From Chrysochromulina tobinii (lineage: Eukaryota), in NCBI GenBank assembly GCA_001275005.1, contig JWZX01002250.1:1-37317 (forward strand): 37,317 nucleotides of DNA, in the 5' to 3' direction. How positions within the stretch are numbered: position 1 is the stretch's first letter; each line of letters starts with the position of its first letter. The notes beneath the pieces were generated by a model that saw nothing but the letters and a program-made list of their open reading frames with translations, ran no database searches and had not been told where the DNA came from. A program made the position numbers and the translations under genes. Positions 29,853 through 37,317 of this stretch are shown in pieces.

Positions 29853-31388
29853 TCATGCGTCATCCGAGTCCCAAGCGCGGTCGGAGCCGCCCCAATCGCT
29901 GGGCATATCAGAGACATGGCTCCTGTCGTCCACAAAGTCATGCTCAGTTTCGTCAGGACGGGGCGTTGCATGCGCCAACGAGACCACCTCGTGGCGCGTC
30001 TCCAGCCAGTAGCAGCCCTCTACCGCAGCCTCGGAGCCCATACCGCGCGCGTAAGCAGCCCACGGGATTGCATGCCGCCCACGCACGAGCGGCGCTGTAT
30101 CGGGCATGTCGTCACGTGCGTGCAAATCGAGCTCTGCAAGCGCGGCGGCGGTGGCGGCGGCGCCCGGGTCGGTGACGCCCTCACGACGTGCCGCCATCAG
30201 GGCCAGATCGCGGACGGCCTCATCGCGATTGCTCGCATCGATGAAATTGCCGGCGATCGCCACCGACGGCACGGGGTCGTCGTCAGACTCGCCGTTGACG
30301 ACACGGTGGGGTGCGCCGCCCGGTACGAGCAAGACCTCACCTGCCCGTAGCACATGGTCGACGCGCCGTGCGTGCCGGAGCAGCGGGTAAAGCTCGGGCG
30401 CGCCCTCCATCTCGTCGAGGCTCGGGAAGGTGGGCTCAAGCCGCGGCGCCTCGGGCGCCCAACACGGCGCGAGGCACCAGACGTCGTCGGGGTGGAAGAC
30501 GGTCCACCGCTTGCATCCCTGCAGCTGCGCCATCCAGAAATGTCCCTTCCACTGATCGATGTGGAGCGAGGAGCGCGTACCCGCAGAGCCTACGAAGAGC
30601 GACGGCCACGAGCGAGAAAAGGCGTGCAGTTGACGAGTACGCTGCAGCCAATCGTGGGCAAAATAGTGAGGTATACCCAGGCGCTCGCAAAGCGACGGGA
30701 TCTTGAGTGGGAGGGCGCAGTCGTACAGGTAAGCGCGCGGCTCGCTGCGCTGCTCCACACGAGTCCGTAGTTCTGAGAATGTCATGATCTCAACGCCAGC
30801 GACCGAGCACGAGGCCATGGTCTGTGAGCCGCCGAGGTTGACCGCCACTCGCTTGGCAGCACAGTGCTCCTCGAGCCAGGGCAACGTCCACGGCGCAGGA
30901 TCGGTCATGGACTCCAAGCCCGTGATGACCAGCGGCCGGTACTGCGCCACGTACTCGGCGCGGCATTCTGCCACGCCCAGTCCTGACGCCTCACGCACGT
31001 CCAGTTTGAAGGCGGATCGGCGAGCCAGAGCGGCTGTGTCCTGCTCCGCGGCCGCAGCACGTTCCATCGCAGCTCTGCGCCTTAGGTTCACCTCGTCTTG
31101 GTACGCTTTCGAGACTGCCGCGGCGTCTTCGCACGCCTTCGAGATGACCGCGGCGCTCAGTGGCAGCTGCGAATGCCACTGCCGGCAGCTCGAATCCGCG
31201 GACCGCTCGCTCGTCGCCGCCAGGAAGCTCCGCATTGGGTTGGTGAGACACACAAAGTGAGTTGCGGCGGGTTGGTGAGTCGCTTGCAGGATGCGCGCGA
31301 CGGCACACGCTGCTCGCGTGCTGTCGATCGCCGCTTCCGAGAGCCCGCCCCGCGCCGCGGACCGCCCCTGAGAAACGTATAACAGCAT
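29853..31388 (-). CDS. JmjC/cupin-8 2OG-Fe(II) oxygenase (JMJD4/6/8-like hydroxylase)
   Basis: RPLVITG, AYLYD, SLFVGSAGTRSSLHIDQ (HxD), QLQGCKRWTVF, GEVLLVPGGAPHRVVN and SVAIAGNF. Start codon uncertain (ORF open to 31415). Confidence 0.85.
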   Translation of the reverse strand: MLLYVSQGRSAARGGLSEAAIDSTRAACAVARILQATHQPAATHFVCLTNPMRSFLAATSERSADSSCRQWHSQLPLSAAVISKACEDAAAVSKAYQDEVNLRRRAAMERAAAAEQDTAALARRSAFKLDVREASGLGVAECRAEYVAQYRPLVITGLESMTDPAPWTLPWLEEHCAAKRVAVNLGGSQTMASCSVAGVEIMTFSELRTRVEQRSEPRAYLYDCALPLKIPSLCERLGIPHYFAHDWLQRTRQLHAFSRSWPSLFVGSAGTRSSLHIDQWKGHFWMAQLQGCKRWTVFHPDDVWCLAPCWAPEAPRLEPTFPSLDEMEGAPELYPLLRHARRVDHVLRAGEVLLVPGGAPHRVVNGESDDDPVPSVAIAGNFIDASNRDEAVRDLALMAARREGVTDPGAAATAAALAELDLHARDDMPDTAPLVRGRHAIPWAAYARGMGSEAAVEGCYWLETRHEVVSLAHATPRPDETEHDFVDDRSHVSDMPSDWGGSDRAWDSDDA

Positions 31389-31650
31389 CTTGTGTTTTCG
31401 TTGAAGATAAGGCACAACATGGAAGATCCACCCATGGTCCGAGTACGTTGGTCTGAACGCATCAGCACAGACGGGACACAGTCAAACGCCGGTCACACGT
31501 CTCTTTTTGGTATTGTTCACAGCACGATCTCGTTGCCTTTCCCGCTCCTGGCGGGGAAGACGGCCGTGAACATCTGCGCAAGAACACGCGACAAGTGGGG
31601 ATTAGCGGGCGCGAGAGACGAAACAATCATGCAGGGAAGCAACGGCTGTG

Positions 31651-33600
31651 CTACTCGCATACCGTACGGAACGAGGTGGACATGAAGGAAGCATCATTGC
31701 CCAATTCGGCGCGTGCCGCCACCTTGTTGGACATCTCATGCTTTTCGCCCGACGCAGTCAGCATCGGATCGTATGACCCCGGGCCCACCTTCTCGCCCGT
31801 CTCGCAGTCATCGCCCGTGCCGTCCAGACGGTCGGCGGTGTACTTGCTGTCTCGGCCCGTCATGAGACGCAAGATGTTGTGCTCGTCTGGCTCCTGCGTC
31901 GAATACTTTGGGTCGTACGAGCCTGGGCCAGGCACGTATGCGTTGGGCAGCACGATATCCGAGCGCTTGGTCGCCGACGCGAACACAGCCATCTTCATCG
32001 TCTCCGCGCCATGGAGAACCGCCATGTTGGTCTCCCAGCCCTGCTCCGTCACCTTGGGTTCGTACTCCAACGGCCCAGGCGTCTCCTCGACGCCCGTGAG
32101 CTTTGACTGCGAGAGCCCGGGCTTGGTGATCGCGTTGCTCAGCTTCAGCACGCGTTCCTCGATAGACCCGAAGCCGCCCTTGCCGGCCTTCATCGTCGGG
32201 TTGAACGTCTGCTTCGATTGGTCGATCAGCTCGCGACCGTGTGACGGGTTGTACGCGCCGACCTCCGTCATCTGCGCTGGCTCGCTCCAGGCTGATACGC
32301 GGTTGATCGCAGTCTCCGACTCGCGCGCCTTCTCTTTCACGTTGAACCCGGCCTTTCCGTCCTTGATCATCTTGTTGAAGGTCTCCTTCGACGACGCATC
32401 TGACGTCAGCCCGGAACCCAACTCGGTCACCTTCGGATCGTAGGCACCCGGACCCGGCACCGCCTCTGCCACTGACGCCGTGCCGTGGTGCGTCTCCCAA
32501 GGCAGCTGGTGCAGCGGTCCCGTTGCAGTGAAGCCAAGGGGATTCGAGTCCGGCTTCGCCTTCTTGTACATCGACGTGCGCTCGGTCAGCTTGGACGCCT
32601 GGCCGGCGATCGAGTCGAAGGCGCCCGACGCATTCAGCATCGGATCGTATGACCCCGGGCCCACCTTCTCGCCCGTCTCGCAGTCATCGCCCGTGCCGTC
32701 CAGACGGTCGGCGGTGTACTTGCTGTCTCGGCCCGTCATGAGACGCAAGATGTTGTGCTCGTCTGGCTCCTGTGTCGAATACTTCGGGTCGTACGCGCCC
32801 GGACCAGGGTTGGCTGCGTTGTGCAGCACGATACTCGCGCGCTGGGTCAGAGAGCGAAAGACGGCCGAGGGGCCGAATTGCTGGAATCGTGCCGAGACGA
32901 GCGCAGTCATGTTATTCACGAAGCCTGTCTCTGTCACCTTGGGTTCGTACTCCAACGGCCCAGGCGTCTCCTCGACGCCCGTGAGCTTTGACTGCGAGAG
33001 CCCGGGCTTGGTGATCGCGTTGCTCAGCTTTAGCACGCGCGCCTCGTGGCCGATGAAGCCCAGATGTCCGTCTGCGGACTTTTTGTTGATCGATCGAGCT
33101 GCTTGCTTGGCGAGGGACAGAACGGTTTGCATCTCATAGGAGTCAGGACTTGGGTTGGGGTGCACTGTCGTCGGGTCCAGCCCCGAGGCTACGCGCCCTT
33201 CGCGTTTGGTTCTGGATCCGAACGCTGAAGTCCCCGCGAGCCTAAGTTGATCCATCAGCATCCGGGCTGGGTCGTAAGCACCCGGGCCGGGCGTGACAGA
33301 ACGTGCACTCCGCGCTGCCAGCCGCTTTTCGTCGATCTTTGCGCGCTCCGTGGGGCTGAGCTGAGGAGACGTGGGCCGCGCAAGGCTCGACGGCGGTGAT
33401 GGCGATCTTTCCGTAGTTGGCCGCTCATCTGATTGAATTTGCTTTGGAGAGCCATGGCTGCGCTTGGTCGGTGATTTTGACCGTGCGGTGGGCGACTGCG
33501 ACCGTGAGGTGGGCGAACGTGCGGCGCGTGCGCTTTTCAAATTGAAGAGAGTCGTGTCCCCCTTGGCGCGACGCGCGCGTGCGTCGTCGCCAGCAGTCAT
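31651..33600 (-). CDS. SHIPPO-1/ODF3/STPG-type PGPGxY repeat protein (axonemal microtubule-associated)
   Basis: Many PGPGAYDP/PGPGSYDP/GPGSYDP/PGPLEYEP repeats spaced by F[GR]S..R elements, with a Ser/Pro/Arg-rich N-terminus. ATG 33600; ORF open to 33726. Confidence 0.85.
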   Translation of the reverse strand: MTAGDDARARRAKGDTTLFNLKSARAARSPTSRSQSPTARSKSPTKRSHGSPKQIQSDERPTTERSPSPPSSLARPTSPQLSPTERAKIDEKRLAARSARSVTPGPGAYDPARMLMDQLRLAGTSAFGSRTKREGRVASGLDPTTVHPNPSPDSYEMQTVLSLAKQAARSINKKSADGHLGFIGHEARVLKLSNAITKPGLSQSKLTGVEETPGPLEYEPKVTETGFVNNMTALVSARFQQFGPSAVFRSLTQRASIVLHNAANPGPGAYDPKYSTQEPDEHNILRLMTGRDSKYTADRLDGTGDDCETGEKVGPGSYDPMLNASGAFDSIAGQASKLTERTSMYKKAKPDSNPLGFTATGPLHQLPWETHHGTASVAEAVPGPGAYDPKVTELGSGLTSDASSKETFNKMIKDGKAGFNVKEKARESETAINRVSAWSEPAQMTEVGAYNPSHGRELIDQSKQTFNPTMKAGKGGFGSIEERVLKLSNAITKPGLSQSKLTGVEETPGPLEYEPKVTEQGWETNMAVLHGAETMKMAVFASATKRSDIVLPNAYVPGPGSYDPKYSTQEPDEHNILRLMTGRDSKYTADRLDGTGDDCETGEKVGPGSYDPMLTASGEKHEMSNKVAARAELGNDASFMSTSFRTVCE

Positions 33601-33792
33601 GCCGTGGGCCGAGCGTGCTGCCGAACGCAGCACGGCCCGGCTCTGAGGCAGTGGGCGCGACCATGTCCTACCCCAAAGAAGTTCGCGAAAGAAGTTTGAG
33701 AAACGCCTCAAATCCCAGCAGCTCAAATTCCTAATCAGTCTCTCATCCGGATTGAACCTCTTTGGATTTCTAGAAACACCGCGCTGGGACCG

Positions 33793-35913
33793 TCACGTGG
33801 GCTCGGTGACCTCGGTCTCCATCGTTTCCTCGACCTCGTACGCCTCCTCCGCCTCGTCCAGCTCCATGGCCACCAGCTCGACCGTGCCGTCCTTCGTGTG
33901 TGTCGCCTTAGATGGCGGCTCGCCCTTGACCTTCTTGGCACGCGGCTTGCCTGCCGAAGCCGTCTGCCTGCCACAAGTGTGTGGCCGGTGCCGACCCAAA
34001 CAAGCGACGCAACGCTTCGGGTCAAAGGGTTGCTGCCCTAGTTGCTGCCGCGGTGCCCGTGGCGTGGCGGGCGATTTTCTATTGTGGCTCGTAGCGCTCG
34101 AGGCCGCGGCCGCAACGGCGTCCGAAGGCGCACTGCTCGTCGCCAGCGGGGGACGTCCAGGCTTGCTGGGCATTTCGCCAAGGCGCGCGATGTGCGAGAG
34201 AGGCACCCGGTGCACATCGTGCCGGCCAGGTGGCACCGCCACAGCATCAAAGGTCACGTCCCCATGGGTCCCCAGCGCCCCCAGCGCGGTCGACTCGGGC
34301 GCTGCCGCGGGCGCCTCTGGCGCTCTCTGATCGACGCCTTGGGCAAGGACGACCTCGGGTTGCCGGTCAGAGCGGCCTATGATCCGTACACGGAAGTCGG
34401 CGAGCTGCCACGCGGTGCGGCCCCACGCAGCGCTGAGCGCCTCGTCGCGCGTGAGCCATACCACCGCACCGGGCTGCCGCTCGTCCTGCACCGCCGCCAC
34501 CTCTGCGGCCGCCGCGGCGGCCGCCTCATCTGCCCTGCGTGTCTCCTCCGTATCACCCATGGGCTCTGTCACCGCCGCCTCGGCCCTCTCCATCGCCACG
34601 TCGCAGTCGACGCCGTCAGCCTTCTCACCCGTGGCCGCCTCGTCCTCTTCATCTTCTTCGTGCATGGAGACGAGCAGCACCTCATCGGCGGCGCTTTCTC
34701 CGTCGCCCGCCGACGAGCCCGGCGCCGCCTCTGCCGCCTCCGCTCCCCCCGCCCCTTCCTCGTCATTCGTTGTTGCCGCCGCCGCCAGCTCCATTGACGT
34801 CGAGTCGGCCGCGGCGGCGGCAGTGAGGTCCACCTCCATCGGCTTCCTCGCGTCATAGGCAGCCACTTCCACTAGCCACGCCTCGCGCAGCGCCTTGGCC
34901 TGCGCCTCCCACTGAGCCTTGGTCGCCGCATCGAGGGCACGCCAGCGCTGCCCGAGCTCGACTGCGAGCTCACGCCCCTTGAGAGTTGAGAGCGCGTCGT
35001 CGTGGGCGTTACCCAATATGGGAGCGTTGACCTTCCGCAGCTCGGCCTGCCAGAGCATGTATGAGGTGAGTGGCTGCTTCGGACGGTTGGGGTCGACGGC
35101 AGGCTTGGTCTTCTTGGCCTCGTCCGCCGCCGCCTTGGCCGCTGCCCTCGCCTCTTCCTTGATTGCCCTGGCCGCCGCCTTCGCCTCGGCCAGCTCACGC
35201 GCCTTTGCCGCCTTCGCCTCGGCCAGCTCACGCGCCTTTGCCGCCTTGAGCTCTGCTGCCTCGCGCGCCTTTGCCGCTTTGGTGTTGGCTGCCTCGCGCG
35301 CCCTCGCTGCCTTGACCTCTGCCACCTTGCGCTCGCGCGCCGCCTTGATCTCGGCCTTGGCAGCACATGCCTTCTTCGCGGCGACGATGTCGAGTCGCTG
35401 CCCGTGCGAGTTCAACTCCTTGGCTCGGTTGTAAGCGAGCTCGGCTGCGGCCGCTTCACGCGCTTTGGCGGTCGCCTCGCGCGTGCGCCTGGCGAGCTCG
35501 TCGGCGGCCGCAAGACCGTCCGAAACTGCCGCCGCCGCAATCTCGGCGCCGAGCGCCACAGCATCCTCGGCAGCCGACCCCTCCTTGGACGTGGTGTCTT
35601 TGGGCGTGGTGCTCGCCTTTGCTTTGCCTCCTCTCTCGGCCACCTTCTTGAGCGCCTTCTTCTCGGCCGCCGCCTTCTCCGCCGCCGCCTCGGCCGCATC
35701 CTCTGCGAGCAGACGCATCCAAGTGTCGAGAACCAGAGGACAGTCTGCGAGCGAAGCAGCGGGCTCCCACGTCGCATCTTCGATCGGCCATCCCTTCCAT
35801 TTGACCAGAAACATCTTCATGGTCGTGCAGCCGACCACCTCCGCAGAGCGGGTCATGGCGGCCACGAGCGCCTCGGCCACCGCAACGTCAGCCACCTCCT
35901 CCCCCAGCGCGAT

Positions 35914-35949
<36 letters not shown>

Positions 35950-36367
35950 TTTGCCCGTGCAGTCCACTTCCATCGATTGCACCGGTCCCAGAGTGGCGAT
36001 GGGCTGGGTGGGGGCGGCGGTGGGCCAGCGCGAGACCGTTTGTTCCTCGAGGATGCGTTCCACCTCATACTCCACCTCTTTGACCTCGCCCTCGACGACT
36101 TTGCACCTGCCGCCGTGCTTGTCTGCGCGCATGCACCCCTGCGTCTTGCAGCACCCCCCAAGCCATAGGGGCACCACCGCCACAGGTGGTTCGGCCGACG
36201 GCGCACCCACGGCGATGGCGGCAGAGTCGGCCGCGGCCGCGACCGCATCGCGCTGCTTTCGCTCGCGTTGCGTGCGCTCGCGCTGCTCGCGTAGGGTGCG
36301 TTGGCGCTCGGTCTCATGCTCTTGCCGCTCGCGCTCTTGCCGCTCGCGCTCTCGCCGCTGCTCGTCT

Positions 36368-36408
<41 letters not shown>

Positions 36409-37317
36409 TTCCGAAAAGAGCCGCTCGCGACCGACAGCCGCCAGAGCCGCGTGCGCCTCCGCCGCCGCCGCCGCCTCCGCCGCCGCCGCCCGGCGCTTCG
36501 AGACAGGCTCCTTGAGCACGAGACCGCACACCTCGCACTCGAGCCGGCGAACGTGGTTCTCTTCACCGCAGCGCGGGCACGGGCGCGAAAAGTTTAAGCG
36601 CTTCGGCCGGCGCTCACGGCGCTCGGCGCTCGCGACGGCGCCATGAGCGGCGGCGTCAGAAGCGGCGGCGGGGGCAGAAACGTCACCGCCGCCGCTGCTC
36701 GCCCCCGCAGCGCCGTCGGCGTCTGTCAGCGGATAGCCAGAGGCCCCATGCAGTGCTCCATGCAGTGACCAGTGCGCCTCGGCAACCGACGACTCGAGGC
36801 TCGCACGCGCGCGCTTGCTGCCCGCGCCCCGGCTGCCTCCATGACCCCCATGGCTGCCGCGCCCATGGCTGCCGCGCCCATGGCTGCCGCGCCCATGGCT
36901 GCGAAGCGGCGCATCCGTGCCTAGCGCCGGCAATGCCCTCGGAACGGCGGGGCGTGGCGGCGCGGCAAGTCCCGCCTGCCTCGCCTCGAGCCGCTCGAGG
37001 GCGCGGATCATCCGGTTGACACATGCCTCGACAGCATGGCGCGTGAGCTTCTCCTCATGCCCCAAACGAGCCTCCTCGAGGACCCGCTGCCGCTGCTGCT
37101 GAATGAAGCGCTCGCTCGACACAGCGCTCGCGCCGAAGCAGCTGAGGCAGCTCTCCTCGTGAGAGGCAGCGTTGGCGCCACAGCCGCCGCAGGCGATCTT
37201 GTCTGCGCCTGCGCCGCCGCTGCTGGCGCCCATCACGGCGCCCATCGCGAAGAGCTCGCCACCGCCGCCCGTGCCGCTCGACATAGCGCTCACGCTATCT
37301 GCATGGCACGCGCCGGA
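33793..37317 (-). CDS. Large chromatin protein: Cys fingers + chromodomain + coiled coil + HMG box (possibly 5'-truncated by window edge)
   Basis: Chromodomain EYEVERIL..FLVKWKGWPIEDATWEP; HMG box DPNRPKQPLTSYMLWQ..LGQRWRAL..KAQWEAQA..AY; zinc ribbon CPRCGEENHVRRLECEVCG. The reading frame has no stop between 37293 and the window end. Confidence 0.85.
36846..36902 (-). repeat. 15-nt coding tandem repeat x~4 (SHGRG)
   Basis: cccatggctgccgcg repeated on the + strand. Confidence 0.9.

Noticed and set aside
35716..36072. Chromovirus (LTR retrotransposon) chromodomain
   Set aside because: No integrase, RT, RNase H or LTRs. The domain sits in a host-type HMG-box protein.
25587..37317. Apparent chromatin gene cluster (two JmjC genes and a chromo-HMG gene)
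   Set aside because: The two JmjC genes belong to different subfamilies and are interleaved with unrelated genes. Chance proximity in a compact genome is sufficient.

Overview
GC-rich, gene-dense eukaryotic nuclear DNA with short GT-AG introns, CAG/GCC microsatellites and several flagellar genes. It looks like a flagellated microalga, probably a haptophyte (inference from sequence style only). About 17 protein-coding genes are supported: an RluA-type pseudouridine synthase, NME7/NDPK7, a very large FG-GAP + TM + ankyrin + TRPV-like channel gene, a SmgGDS-like ARM protein, a small putative ciliary protein, a mitochondrial carrier, a membrane-anchored purple acid phosphatase, a SIP5/GW2-like RING protein with UIMs, an NZF-UBE2Q-type E2, a cold-shock/CCCH protein, a JmjN/JmjC demethylase, a 2xFAS1 fasciclin, a cupin-type JmjC hydroxylase, a SHIPPO/ODF3-repeat protein, a chromodomain/HMG-box protein (frame open at the window edge) and three hypotheticals. 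The most striking observation is an apparent single ~2,000-aa polypeptide joining an integrin-alpha-like FG-GAP ectodomain and an extra TM helix to a TRPV-type ankyrin channel. It is interrupted only by one extra base in a CAG/CAT microsatellite and sits 81 bp head-to-head with the ciliary gene NME7. No rRNA, tRNA, CRISPR array or recognisable transposon was found. All family assignments come from motif recognition by eye; no searches were run.
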